From Takakia lepidozioides (Eukaryota > Plantae > Bryophyta), in contig CM060733.1 of NCBI GenBank assembly GCA_030704615.1, positions 29,760,001 through 29,824,000 of the forward strand: a stretch of DNA of 64,000 nucleotides, given 5' to 3'. The first letter of the stretch is position 1, and each line of letters begins with the position of its first letter. The notes beneath the pieces are model-generated. The model was not told where the DNA came from. It did not search any database and saw only the letters and a list, made by a program, of their open reading frames with translations. The translations under genes and the position numbers were made by a program. Below, piece by piece: positions 23,961 through 38,300 of this stretch.

Positions 23961-25088
23961 AAACCCAGCAAGACAATTTTCTAATATAAATTTTCTTAAC
24001 GACTCAAAAAGTTGTATCTTGACGTCGCATCCTCCTACGCCAACTATACATGAAACCTCAAAGGCTTTTGATGCAAGTCATACTCCTCCAAGGACCCCAA
24101 AGATCCTCCCAAAAATCCTCCAAGGGCCCCTAAATACTTATCTCAATCCACCCCGAAGGGACTGAAGGTGGACACTTTCTAACGACCATAACCAGCCCTT
24201 CCATATTTGATGGAAAATCGCCAATTTGCACAAGCCAATTTTGGTGGGCAAGAAGTCTATAGGAAAAATATGATGATAAATTGAGCTTTTAGCCGGATCG
24301 CATATTCCACAAGATGTAGGGTACACATGGCATCCTTAGTGGGGTTTGTCATTGCCATTATTAAACCCCCTCCCTATCAAGATTGTAGCCAGTGGGCCCT
24401 TCCCAACTTTTGGATGTTGCCCAAAAGCACCATGTTGGCCGTCTATTGGAGCCAAAGACTCAAGATTTAAGGATAGGTGATAGCCCGCTTCTCTCACTTC
24501 ATAATTTCGAGCTGTTGCCCCTTGTGTCTTGTTTGAATTTCCATAGGCCCCGTAGCTCCATGTACTTAGCACTTATGAGTAACCATTTATTGTTTGTTAT
24601 CTTATGAGAGGTAGTGGGAGATATATTTTCCTTAACACACCATTGCTCATTCCACTCTAGTTTGCCAAAATCACACTATAGAATGTGACATGTCGCCTAA
24701 TTTGCACTATTCAAAGTGATACATTAGTGTCATTGCTGCTTCATATTTTACATTGTGGCAAATATTTTGTCATCTCCCATGAAGACAGATTGCCACTACT
24801 TTTCTTGTGCTCTTATGAGAGCATCGCCACATTTGATAACTATTTAATAAACTGAAGCCAGCACTTGAGACCAAAAATAAAAAAACATCACCATTTCAGC
24901 AGTCCTCGCTAACCTTCTTGGAGCCATGTCAACACAAGTCCAAAAATGAATTAAATTGCCCTTGCCTTGAGCGGGGCAATGCAATTGTCCAACCTTCCGA
25001 CCCCAATGACTCAAAATCCCCAAATACTCACATCGGTGACCAATGTGTCCCCTTTTTATGGTTGGTTGGCCATATTGGGTGATATCCA

Positions 25089-25540
25089 ATATATATATAT
25101 ATATGACGCCAGCCGGAACTAGCGTAAATAAGAGCCTCTTCCCTTCGCAGGTACTGCCCCCTTTCGGGGGTGGGCTCTATCAGAACCAGGACCAGTTACG
25201 TAGTGGCAAGCTGGCCATTTTCGATCTTTCTTTTGTTGAGGATTAAGGCTGTAAGTGACGTAATAGCTGTGTAGTGTAGGGTGCAGAAGAATGGGGTGGT
25301 GTATTTTAACCAAAGTTTAAGGTTTTCTTTGAGAACCTGAGTGTTGTGGCAATGTGTTCCCCTCTGACACCAGCGGTAATGATAGTCAAAAGGGCGGTGT
25401 TCCATCCATGGTGACGAAGGGCTAAGATGAGCGGTTCATATTTTTCACCTTTAAACATAATTGAATGGTTAGGGTCTCTATCATGACAAAATGTAAATTC
25501 TATTATATGAATGGTGAGGGAGGGGTGTGGACCTGTTGGT

Positions 25541-25575
<35 letters not shown>

Positions 25576-26420
25576 CAGAGAGGACTCCGGCCAAAGCCGG
25601 CATAACTAAGAGTCACTTTGTCTAGCGGCTACTGCCCCCTGTCGAGGGTGGCCCTATGTGACCTGTTGGTATTGTTGATGAAAGAGGTAGTCCATTAATA
25701 AGTAGAATATCAAGGCATAACCTTGCTAGACAATGACATGGGATATAAAAACATGTGCAGGGTAGAAGTCATGGAGGTATTGTGTAGTCTGGTGGTCTAC
25801 CTTGAAACGTACCTACATTGATGAGGTTAAAATCATCTGGATTTAGGATGTGACAGAAGAAGTTTTTGAAGATGCCAAACTCCTTGGTTGTGTCTGGTTA
25901 TATATAATCCATGGAGTATGGGGTGCTTACAATAGAGAAGCAAGTGTGGCCATGTGTCTACTTTGGGGGCTGTGCGTGGCATAATGTGCAATGTTTGTTA
26001 GGGTATAATAAAGGCCGGAATAGATTTTTTCCTTGATTACCCATGTATTGTCCGTATCGAAATCGTAGTGTTGGTCTGATTTGGGCATCAGTAATTATAG
26101 GAGAGGTCCAAAAGTGGTTAGACATGGCATGCATTAGCTGGTGTGGGGAAGACATCCATTTTGATATGTATGGTTTTGTGTAGGTGCGGGATGCTTGGAT
26201 TTGTTGTTTGGTTTCCTGTGTGACATATGTGTGTAGATCTCGTATAGGTGCGGAATCTGGCCGTAGTTGAGACGAGTCAGAATGGATATGCATGTGCTAA
26301 GTGAATCGGGTCATTTGAGGGATTTACAGAGGGCTGCATGGAGCCCAGCTGAGCCATCTTGTCTGCAATGTCATTTCCTAATATGAGTGTATGGGAGCGA
26401 ACTTTATGTATATGGATTTA
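25089..26420 (-). mobile_element. 5'-truncated non-LTR retrotransposon with RNase H, CCHC finger and C-terminal restriction-like endonuclease (Dualen/RandI-like), with a (TA)n tail
   Basis: KVRSHTLILGNDIADKMA (RNase H), LRFRYGQYMGN, CTLC, RLCLDILLI (decayed RPD), IHIIEFTFCHDR, KYEPLILALRHHGW, ITAGVRG. Confidence 0.75.
25542..25659 (-). mobile_element. 118-bp 3'-end retrocopy of a related LINE with a (GA)n tail
   Basis: 12-bp TSD GACCTGTTGGTA at 25530-25541 and 25660-25671. The body is similar to the host LINE 3' end at 25105-25190. Confidence 0.8.
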
Positions 26421-27799
26421 TAGTGGGAGGGATGAAGTAACATCTATATCCAACATACACCTATGTGGCTATAAACCACAACCACTTGTAAGGCAATCTT
26501 GTGTCCTATCATTTGTTAGGTACTAGTACTCTAGATCAATCAATTGTTTGACCCTCCGAGTTTAATTAATGATTGGTTTTTGAATTTAGTGCCCACAATA
26601 CTAAAATAAAATTCCAATTAGGGCCTTACCACATGAGCGGCACTGGAAGTCCCTGCAACCTGCTGAAGGCCTGCTGATTGGTTGATGGATCGTAAACTGC
26701 CACCCTCACCTACCACACGGGGGGAACGGTAACGAGAAGGCAATGTGACGTGGGGAGCCTCTCCGCGAAAGTAGGATTTTTTGCTTCTCAAATATCTGTT
26801 TCCGTGCTCGACTGCTGCTCATGTGGTAGCGTTGTTTTGTTTTTGTTGATATGGCCTACTCTCCATAACATACAGGTGCTACACCCTAGCCAGGGACTTC
26901 CAGGTCACTCAAGCTCACTACCGCTCGTGTGATAAGGCCCTTAGTTGTCAAATCGCTAGTAGAGACCCTAATGTCCATTAATTTATAATATCGATGTCAT
27001 TAACTTAGTAGTAAGCATATTTCCCCTAAGGGCCTCTTTACACTGAAAAATTAAAAAATGGGTATTGTTTAATATCCATCAATGCAAACTTAGCCTCTTA
27101 TTGTTCAAAGCATATTAAAAAATTCATACACATGTCCGATCTACTTTCCAAACTCTATCTCCTCTATCCAAAATGAGCATTAATGTTTCCATGAGCCTTT
27201 TAGCAACTTGGTTTGGGTAGTTGCAAGATGGACATTGCTTGATTCATGGAAGAAAGACTCTTGCTCAAGCAAGCGTAACTTATGGTGTCACTTAAGCATG
27301 AAGGGACACTTCCTTCCTTCTGTACTTCCCCAACTTGAAACATGCCCATGTACCAACAAATTAAGACACTTGTTCATCTGCGTACCCCGTTCCATGGTTG
27401 GGTTGGTGATAATTGGTGACATCCAACATACATTTATGTGGCTTTGAAATCATGACCATTTGTAAGGTAGCGTTGTGCCGTAACCTAACCACTACTAAGG
27501 CCGCTGTTGGATGCTTGGGCATTGCTCACAAACCACTTTTCACGTCTCACGCAAATGCCAATGCCACCTAAACACCACTTCGCCACCTAAGCGCCACTTC
27601 AGGTTGAAACTCCATCCTATTTTTGGTAGTGTAACTTGGCTTCCCCCATATTTGAAGTGTTTGGCCAGCCGGGTTTTCCACCTCTTGTCGGGCAAAAACA
27701 ATCAGGCCCACTGTGAAGAGGTCCTAAGTTCATTCATATTGTGGATAGATTGCAAGGTTGTTTGCTGTTTCCTATCAAAGAACACATCTAATGCAATCA

Positions 27800-28020
27800 A
27801 TGTTGAATGATCAGCTAAATCATGTTGAATGATCAGCTAAATCGTAGATGGGCCAGAGGACAACATTCTCATAATGACAATTACGAGCTTCCCCTTGCTA
27901 CTCAAAAAGCTTGAGAACATCCTCCTTTCAGCCTCCCCCTTCTAAGCTGCATATGCTTGAATGATGGAGGATGTTCCTTAGAGGATGCTTGAGAACATCC
28001 CCCTTCTAAGCTGCATATGT
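27800..28020. repeat. Short direct and inverted repeats
   Basis: ATGTTGAATGATCAGCTAAATC occurs twice. GCTTGAGAACATCC...CCCCTTCTAAGCTGCATATG occurs twice, with an inverted GGAGGATGTTC between. Confidence 0.6.
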
Positions 28021-29372
28021 GTGATGTGCTCATACTGCACATGGGTTTGCTTTGCACCACAGCATGCTTTACTCTCTTCTCCAATCTGTTGGAGAGCTCC
28101 TACCGTCCTCGGAGTGAGCAAGACAATTAGGAAACACCCAATGGAAGAAAACGCGACGAAAGATGATGAAGATGGTGAAAGTAGGTTATGAGTGTGTGGG
28201 AGATGAGAGTTGTTGGTGTGTCAACATTTGAGCTCTTCTTCTTTCTCCTAAGAAGGGATCGCTCTTGCATTGCCCAAAAACCATGTGCCAGAAACTTTCA
28301 GCTCAGCAGTACAACCAGGCTTCATTTTTACAAGGGCAGCCCATAAGCTTTTTTCACAGGCTAGAATTTTTTTATGGGCAGCCAAAAAAGCTATGATGGC
28401 AACTTTTGGTTTTTTTTGGCAACTGCAATTCAGTAAAACTCCCCATCCAACAATTGTACCGACCCTCTATTTCAAGATCCCATCACTCTTAGATCGAAAC
28501 GGTGTATGTATAAATAAACAAGTAAAGCTTTTTATTATTATTAATAGCGGACGGGACAAAACATCAATACATATATTTCTTTTCAGAGCAAGAGTATAGA
28601 ACAACTGAAATTTGTCATAGTTACTACCGCCAACATCCGCATCGGACAATCTCTGTTGAAGCCGCCCATCGAAAACATATAGTTACAACCAATCCGTGCG
28701 CTCGGAGACTCCGGTGAGAAGTCCGAAAAGGCCGAAACGATCAGAAAAGACAAAATCATAACCGGAAAAAAAAACCATCAGTTCAAACCGACTCTAAAAA
28801 ATGTTTCTGCCCTAAAACAAACCTAAGCAAAAAAAAGCCCATAATTCCACTGAGCAATTTCAAGTTCCGACCTCTACATCCACAAAAAATTTGCACCCTA
28901 AAAGAACCCATAAATTTTCTGCACCCTAAGAAAAAACAAGGGATGGATCAACTGACTGCTTCCTGCAGACCCACAAAAAGAATGACAAGAATTCAAGTGT
29001 GGGTCAGTGCAGCGAAATCGAGAAAGGAAGAAAGAAAGAATTGAAGGGTTGGATGTAGTGCAGGGCCAGTGCACGAAAACTGGACTGGGGGCACTTGGCA
29101 AATGGAAGGCAGATTGGGCAGTTCTTATGGAGGGGCGCACAGGCCCTGGATTTGCAAGGCGTGCAGGGGCTTAGCCTATATTAGGCAGTAAAAGCAAAGG
29201 TAAAAGTTGGATGGGACCTAATTTGCTTTGACAGACTAGAGGTTGAGATTGGAGGGCATGAGGAGGGAGACGGGGCTTGTGGGAGGGTAGAAGTTGAGAT
29301 TCCTGTCTCCAGAGGAACAAGGAGGCAGGAGGGTGTTGAGACAAGTAGGCGGATTAGCTGGGTTTGAACAGG

Positions 29373-32300
29373 ATGGTTGAGTGGAATGAGGAAATGGGGA
29401 GGACGGAGACGGGAGTTGTAGAGGCGGAGTATTATGAGAAGAAGCTTGGTGAAGGCACACCTGTTGAGGTTGGTTTTATTCCTCTTGAAGAATTGCATGT
29501 CCGTTTGCAATTTGTGTTGTCTCCCGTTATTGGAGAGAGCAGGTCTGTGCGCGCTGGTGGGGGTGGTGGAGGTTGACATCTCCATTGCGTTTTCGTTTGT
29601 TTTCCTCCCGCTTGCTTGTTGGTTGTGATCTGGTTAGGGCATATCCGGTTTGGTGGTTGTTGTGTTTAGTCTCTGTGAGATATTTACCTTGCAGAGCCTA
29701 TCGTGGGGTTTGAATGGACCAGGTATGAGGTTGAGCCTGAAATCGCCGTAGAAGCTGGGCATGGCAGACAACAGTGCATTAATCTGGGATTGAGCGTTGA
29801 TCTCAAGGGGCGGCATTGACGTCATGTTGTGTTGTTGTAAGAACTGCTACTGTAGCCTTCCTTTGGAGTACGCATGTGACATCGATCGAGGTGGATTACC
29901 ACTCACATTGCAGGAACTAAGAGGAAGAGGGATATGTTGTAACGTGAGTTGCTGTTTTGCAGGTCCGCCTGAGAGGCAAAGGGCTACGAGGATCCTGGCA
30001 TCCCGCCGTGGTGTTGAAGGCAAGACCAGGCCGCAGGGTTGTAGAGTACGAAGAGCTCATCACCGATGACGACAGTAAGCGGAAGCTTGTGGAAACGATT
30101 CCTGTGGGACGTGAGATTGACGGGGCGAGGGTTTCTTCAAGGCAGCCTGTTAATTCACATCAGAGAAACCGACATCTGTTGAGACCCCGACCCCCTCCTC
30201 TCGCGGGTCCTCCTCCTATGCGCTGGACAAAGGGCCTTTGGGTGGACGGATTTTGGGGGGATGCGTGGTGGGAGGGCATCCTCTTAGAAAGTATCACATC
30301 ATTAGCAGGAGCGTGTGTGAGCGTCTTTTTCCCTGACGAGGGCAGTGAAGAGCACATTCCTGTAAAAAATTTGCGGATAGCTCAGGAATGGGATGAGGAG
30401 ACGGGCGAATGGAATTTAAAGGGATGGGAAAAGATCCCATCATGTTCAGACGAAGGTTTCGTTGTCAAGAAACGCAGTCCTGTGAAGATAGAGATAGATA
30501 GTGATACTGATTCTGACAAGGAATTGCTGTGCATGAGCCTTAAGCGGAAAGCCATGAAGCCTAGTGCTGTTAATAGCAGTGTGCCTCCAAAGATGGCATC
30601 TCTCCTTACACCAGGTTCACTGACTACCTCACCCCTGTCCAGTGGGATCCCAGTTTCTAGAGGGCAAGATCTTAGCACATGTCCTCACTGGATGCATGTG
30701 CACAAGCGCCAAAAGATGCAGGTTTCAGCTGAGTTGAGAACAGGGCTGGAGGAAAGACCAGTCAGTCAGCCGGCTCTCATTTCTGATGGGAAAGCTAAGC
30801 TGGGCAAGGACTCTCCTGCAGCAGTGTCTGAAATGCAGAATTCTAGGGTTTCGGGGTACAAAGAGGCTTCTGAGGTGGAAGAAGATCTTGAAATCACAGA
30901 AATCACAAACCCAATCAACCGGCAACACCAACCTGGGAATGGCGGTGCATCGAGTCCCCACTGTGATATGACTGCTAATGAGTATAGGCAGAAGGCTCCC
31001 ATGGGGTTATCTGTTACCATGACACAGATGAACCCACATCATACTTGGCAAGAGGAAGCAGCTAGGCACAAGAAATGCTATCCACTTGACATGAAGGAAG
31101 ATCCCTGGGACGATTGCAGGCCTACCTCTCGCATCGAGACATCTAGGGTTGTGAATTGCTTAGATACTTCTCATCTGGAAGATAGCGTAGATGATCTGGG
31201 GATTGCCATGGTACTCAGAAGCCGGCGACGCCAATCTGCAACAGGAGAGACCTGGGGGGAGCTAAATCAGAGAAGTGGGATGGATGGTGCTCAGAGGAGA
31301 GAGAAGACTTGTAGAAGGCAGTTTTCCAGTAGCGAATGTGGCACAGAGCTTGAGCGTAGAAGTAAGAGAGGCAGATGGACTGAAGCACTGGAGATTCTGA
31401 CAGAGAAGGGTCCGGCCCGCGTACAGCTCGAGGAAGCAGCTAGGAACAAGAAGAGTGTGGCCCCTCCCAAGGGTTCCCCTGCTCAGGAGAAAAGGGGCAA
31501 GAAGAAACGGTCTGGTGCAGGTTGCCGCATGGAGGTGCTGCTTTCTGCTCCTGAAGATGCAAAATCAGGAGAGGAAGGTTCTGGAGCCTCCTCAGTCTAT
31601 GCCAAAAAGAACCTTCTTTCATGGCTGCTAGACTCAGGGGTTTTGGTCAAGGACCAGAAGTTACGTTACATACACCGCAAGAAGGACCTGGAGTTGGAGG
31701 GATGGGTGACCCCTGAGGGAGTTCTATGTGGGTGTTGTGATGAGATAGTGACTCTGTCCATGTTTGAGTCTCACTGTGGCAGCAAGTTGCATCGGCCCTG
31801 CGCAAATATTTATTTGGAAGATGGCAGATCTCTTACACAGTGCCAAATGGAAGCTCTGAAGAAGCAAAACTCCTCTGTAGGGCCAGGGTCTTCTGAGAGT
31901 CATAAGGGTTCACGGAGGCGAGGCAGACCACGGAAGACGGATGCAAATCCATTGGACAGGAATGACGACACATGTGGTGTTTGTGGGGATGGAGGGGAAC
32001 TCATCTGCTGTGATCATTGTCCCTCAACCTTTCATCTCAGTTGTATGGAAATGAAGGTATCTTTTCCTCCTTCCTGATGTATCATTCACCTGGTGTTGAT
32101 TCTGTTAGTGTGTCTGTGATTCTAGTGCTCTACAATATCTGTAACAGTTTCATTGTAGTGGCAGATGGACTGGTGTGTTGGTGTTCATCATCACTTGCAT
32201 AGGTTGCCAGAAATTGGACATATTTTTGTCATTTCTCACATTCTCTGCAGCAGATTCTTTATTCTTTTGTGTTGGACTCTGGCAATTATGATGGTGCAGG

Positions 32301-35300
32301 ACATCCCGGATGGGGACTGGTACTGTCCAAACTGCCGGTGTGCCATATGTGGAGGAAGCCAATTTAAAGGGGACCATGAGTCATTCAATGAGCTGACAGT
32401 TCTTTATTGTGATCAGTGTGAGCGTGAATGTAAGAGCCGCTACTCCTCCAATCTGCCTCTGGAATTTTAAGTTTGCAATTAACTATCGTGTAGTTCCATT
32501 GTTTCATTTTGTGTGTGCAGGGGTTGGGGTAACTAGAACTGGAGTTTGAGGGAATGACCTTGTGTGCTGTGAGTAGAGAGCTTAACATGATAGGACCGTT
32601 GTTCAGAAAGGGCTTAGTTATGATGGATAAGGTCATACTAACTTCTGTCCCCTTCTTGCTGAGGATGATCATGGTAGGCTCACTTAAGAATATTTGAGAA
32701 CCATTAAAATGAACATCTCTTCATACCTAGTATATTTCTTAAGATACGAAAGAAAGTATTATCATACACGTTATATGTGTGTCAACCTGAGGTGTTACTT
32801 GGCTCTATGGAACAGTTCATGTAAAATGCTTGCATGCAAATGGGATGCCGAAGATGGATATTTGTCCTCAGGAGAGTTGGTTTTGCGGCCAGTCTTGTGA
32901 CAAGGTCTGTTGTTCACGCACATGTCCCTTCTCTATGCTGGCAGCAGTCTATGTGGGTGACTCATGCTCTGTGATGTTGTTGGGGATTAGAAATAGGCAT
33001 TGGGTTCAGAGGTAGCTCAGGTCTGCCATCCAATTTTGAGCATCACTTGGTATTTCAGGACTCAAAAGTGCAGGGTGGCAGCAGAGAAAGGACTCATAAG
33101 ACGTGGTTTGCCGTAGCCTTGTGGCCATGGACGTGCCCAGTTTGGGCAGAACAAAAGGGACCAGAAACTACCTTTGTGAGGGGCTCACTCTGGTAGTGTG
33201 ACTTACCATAGTACAAATAACTAGTTCAGGCTTTCCGGATATCCTCTAGAAAGCCTTTCACACAAGCATCAATCTGCTGTGTGTGAGCAGCCTAAAAGGT
33301 AGACCCCAACAGGGCCAGGGCTTTAGGCTCAGCCTCAAGATTTTGAAAGTTGGTGAACAGAGGTGCCAGGACAGTGTTCTTGATCGTCCTGAAGGTGGTC
33401 ACTCTCTGGTGAGAGTATCCCGGACAATGTATCAGAAAGTGGATATTGTCTTCAGGTTGCCACACATCAGGAAATTACAATCTCCTCTTCCTCTTTGCAT
33501 CTGTTTTTTGTTCAAAGGAATGCTTCCTGCCCTGAGTTTTAACTGTCAGTCGAGTGCCAAGGGTAGGTTGGCCCTTGAGATCATCCTTAAGGTCCTTGCC
33601 CATGTCATGGACTGGAAACAAGTTCAGGGAAGTTTTATGCCTGGGTCTGGTTTTCCCCGGGAAGTATATCAAAATCCCCCTTTGAGTGAGCTTCAGCTCC
33701 TGCGATCGGAGCTTCGCTTTGTCCAAGACTAGAACTGGCCGGTCGGTCACCTCCTGTGGAATGGAATCCTCCCACACGGCGTCCTCTTCACTGGGGGAGT
33801 GTACATCGGCTAACTTCATTTTCATCGGACAGTCTTTGGTCATCAGATATGGCTTTGGACCGACCCCCCTCCAGGTCACCATCATCCAGTAGGGTCAATT
33901 CTTCTGGACTAATATTCAGATACTTGAAAATCTCTTCTACCCTTTTCTGCCAAGTCTTAGCCTGTTTAACAGGACGGTCTTATGTTCAAGAAATAGCGTT
34001 GATTATCTTAGGATATCTGGTATTAGGCATGCGATTCAACTGACCCCACCATCTGACCTTGAATTGATCCTATTGAGAGCTTAAGGGAGGTATGCCGAAC
34101 TCGGCCCGAACAGCCAGATCAGCTGTTCTAGAACAAGCCAACATGCTTTCTTTGAGCACCGCGACCTGAATGGATTCTAGAGATTTGGGATGATTGGAAT
34201 TGTTGACCCACACAGCAGATTCGTACTCCAAGGCCGGCCTAATAACATTACAAAGCATGGTCCTTTTAACTTCAGTGTTAATCCCTCTGTAGTGGAAAAA
34301 TATAGTGAGATCCATTGCTTGGCGTTCAGCAGAGTGAGAGAGAGAGTGTTTTCAGATTGCGTTGGTTGCTGTAGCCTTGTGGCCATAGTCCCCGTGCCCA
34401 GTTTGGACAGAACAAGAGCACTACCTTTGTGAGGGGCTCACTTGAGTAGTGGGATGTTCCTTGATAAATTAGTTTGGGTTTTCCAGATTTCCTCCAGAAA
34501 GCCCTTCACACAAGCATCACTCTGTTGTGTGCAATCTGCCCAGCAGTTAGTTCCCAACAGGGCCAGAGCTTTAGGCTCAGCCTTGAGATTTTGAACATTG
34601 GTAAAAAGAGGTGCAGGGACTATGTTCTTGATGGTCCTGAAGAGGGTCACTCTCTCATGAGGACATTGCATCGATATTGTCTTCAGGCTGCCCGCACATC
34701 CGGCCTTGACAATCTCCCTTTCCTCTCTGCACCTGTTTATTGTTAAACGTAGAACCCCATCCCTGAATTTATATTTCAGTCTAGTGCCAAGGGTAGGTAG
34801 CCCGTGTCGCAGACTGGAAATTAGCTCAAGAGAGGTTTTATGCCTTGCTGCTTCCCAAATCGCCTTAGACATTTCAGCCTCCAACTTAGCTTCATCTAGC
34901 ACGGACATTTCTTCCTACCTAGTATTCAGGTACTTGAAAATCTCTATTTTTTGGAAGGACATGGCCTGTTTACCAGGACGGTCTTGCTTCCAAAGAGGGA
35001 TAGAGAGAGGTGGTTGGGGGAACTCTACCCTCTTTGTTCCTAGACAGTGTAAAAAGAGGCAGTGTCTCAAACAAGAATTAGGTCTTTGAATGAAATGAAT
35101 CTAAAGAGGAGATGGTTCCACAGATATATACAGGCCTGCGAGGGCTGGTGGGCACCACCAACATCCTGAAGGAGGGCTACTCATGGATGCTGCTGCGCTC
35201 CCGAGATGAAGACCCAGAACTGGATGGTGTTGACAAGGAGCTAATGGCAGAACACGACAGCAAGCTGTCAATTGCTTTGAGTGTAATGCAAGAATGCTTC

Positions 35301-38300
35301 AGGCCAATGATTGATCCTCGCACGAAGATAGATGTGATTGCCCATGTTCTCTACAATCGAGGGTGAGCTTCCAATGCCAAACCTTTGTCATGTGCTGTAC
35401 CATGTTTTTCTTCAGTAGTGTTGCTGATTTCCTGGGTGGCTGGCCGTGTTTTCATCCTTGTGTGGTGTTATTTCTATGCCTCGACTGTTAGGTCTTATTT
35501 CATATGGCTCCGTTGGGAAATAAAGACTTCTAAGAGGTCTCTAGGACAGGCTTTTTGTCACTGTGTGGTAGGCAGAGCATGTGTTACGTATGACTGCATG
35601 TCTACTGTAGTTCAACATTCTGTTCTCTAGTATGATCTCAATGCTACCCTGAAGTCCTTACCCAAAACTTTGTATCCAGATTGTCATTTTCTGCATTCAT
35701 GTTTGCTTCAACTGAGTTCTATGTCCTATGACATAGACCCTGGCACGAGGCATGAGGATAATAACCACTAAGCCCCCGAGTCAGACCATTGTCAAGGAGT
35801 GCATCCATACTTCAAGCAGGAGAGTCTTAGCAAAGCTGGAGGCAGAAACTTTCAATTTGATAACTTCATCCAGCAAGGAGATCTCTGCCTGGGAAATTGC
35901 CTTGGGACACTATGACTTGAGGCCAATGAAGGTCATGGTAGTGCTGATAGCAGTGTAGAAGATCATCTCATAGTTTGTCTGTGTGTGGTGGGTGGCCAGG
36001 TCAAATGTCAATCGACTCAACTTCCGTGGTTTCTACACGATGCTCTTGGAGAGAGGAGATGAGCTTATCTCAGTTGCAACAATCAGGTGCCTTACTTATT
36101 GTTAAAAAAATTTAAGCATAGTTTTGCCAACGTTTAGGTTTATAATAACATGGAGTAAGCAATTTCGGGAAAATTTAGCTATAAGGTCTGAACTCTAGAC
36201 CTTGCCTGGAGGATGTTGAAGCTTGACATTCTGAACTACTTGTCTCACTCTTGGGTTCTAGTTTGTTGTTCTAGTGTGTCCCGCCAGTCCTCCAATGGAT
36301 GTAATGAACTCCTTTACTTTGTCGTGGCCCATAGGTTTTTGGCCCTACTGTGGACGTAATAAAATCGTCCTCTCTTACTGTGTCCTCTTTTTACTTAACT
36401 GTGTTCTGTAGGGTCTCTTTTTGCCAAAGGTGTCAATCCTTGTTGCAAGAGTTACTTCTGGTAGTCACTTGTCAGATGTGATGTCTGAGTTGGTGTTCCT
36501 AACAAGGTAGGGCATCTGCAGAGCCCATGGAGCGCGAGTAGCAGAAATGCCGTTGATTGGTACTCGTTTCCAGTATCGCCGGCAGGGCATGTGCCGCCGA
36601 CTCATGCATGCAATTGAGCAGGTACGGAGCTGCTGGTATCTCAATTCTGCTGATGTGATCCTTCTTCTCCAGTGGATGGTTGATTAGTTCTGGTAACACA
36701 CCACCACGTTTCAATGAGCTCTTGTGGTCTCCCTGTCCAAATTTTTGGGTCTCTATGGCTTTTGGTGTCGAGGGGGGAGAAAGATCGTAACACCCATATC
36801 TAACAGGTTGACCCAGCTATACTTCTCTCCAGCACAGCTGATTAGACCTGTCACTGTGTTACCTGCTCTCTATTCTGGAGTTCTTGAATCTGGTGTATGT
36901 GCATTCAATTGCGTTGTTGGCTTTTCACGCAGATGTTGCAAATGGTAGGCGTAGAGACCTTGGTGCTACCAGCCGTTCCTGAATTGTTGGAGACCTGGAC
37001 AGGGCCGTTTGGATTTCGGCCTATGGACAGTTCTGAGAAAAGGGCACTCATAGAGTTAAATCTCATGGCGTTTCCGGGAACTTCACTATTGCAGAAGTCC
37101 TTGCCGAGAATGCAAGCAAAGCATGCTCTTTCAGGTATCTCTCTCAGCTTATTTCTTTCGCTGTGGTAGCCTTGAAGTCAAGTGAGAGTTGTGCTGTGGG
37201 AGATCTGATCTTCTGCTTCAGTGGAAGTGCTCGTCCATAATGCGCTTCTTGATATGTGTGTATGGTTGTACACGAGCTATTTGGATGAGTAGATTGGTAT
37301 TTTCTGACAGGTTGAAGCTCCCTATCACGATACTCAGATAGGTCAAAGCATGTTTGGTTTTTTCTCCAAGGCTTAGGGGTTTGAGGCTTCCATACTTTTC
37401 CATGGTGATCTCCACTTTGTTTTAAGTTTGTTAAACTGAGCAATACACATTCCAATGGGGCAGGTAAACTTGTGTCAAATTACATGTTGACATTCACAGT
37501 TCGGCATCTGCCACAGCATTTGTATTGTTGATGGGAAGCTATTCAATAGCCTTGGAGATGAGTAGATAGATGAAGTAGATGAAGATTCAGGAATCGTCCA
37601 GCTACTACATACTTTAGGGGGTCTTAATTGTGTTGATTGGGACTGCAGCTCTGGAAGTTGCAGCATGCAAGGTTCAGGAACCTTGTTCACCTGAAAACCA
37701 TCCTGTGGCAACAAAAGTGCTCTCATTCAAGCCTGCAATAGTTTGTACAAGTAGTACAGATACAGATGCTGCAGAAGCTGGGGAAGTTACAAAGCATGTA
37801 CGAGATGAATCGATATATGGACTCGCAGAGTCACCTGCAACCAGAGAGCATGTGCAAGCTATGGGTACCAATGCATCAATGGATTTGTCCAAACTCCCGT
37901 CTATTGCAGCACTACCTCTTTCTGCTGTCGGAGGATTGATGGAACCAACAGGTAGTGGAAGCCTCTCTATCCGGATGAGAGATTCTGCTCGAAGACTTGT
38001 TATTCAGAGTACGGTTGAACAGAATCCTCAGCAAGTTGTACTGGAAAGCAAGGGAACCGAGCATCAGCACAACAGCCTCCAAGCAGACAGGTTATCATTC
38101 TCCTATTGTGACTGTTGCACTCTTCAAGGTTTTTTGTTTCATCTGTGGAGGGAGGTGGATAGTGAAGTATGATGGTAGAATGAAGGGGTTACTGAATAAA
38201 AACAGTAAGTATATATAGGTGATGATAGGGTCCAAGTAGGATGTCTCAAGTTGGACAAATTAGAACATTGTATCATGACTACATGCAGGTCAGGCTTAAT

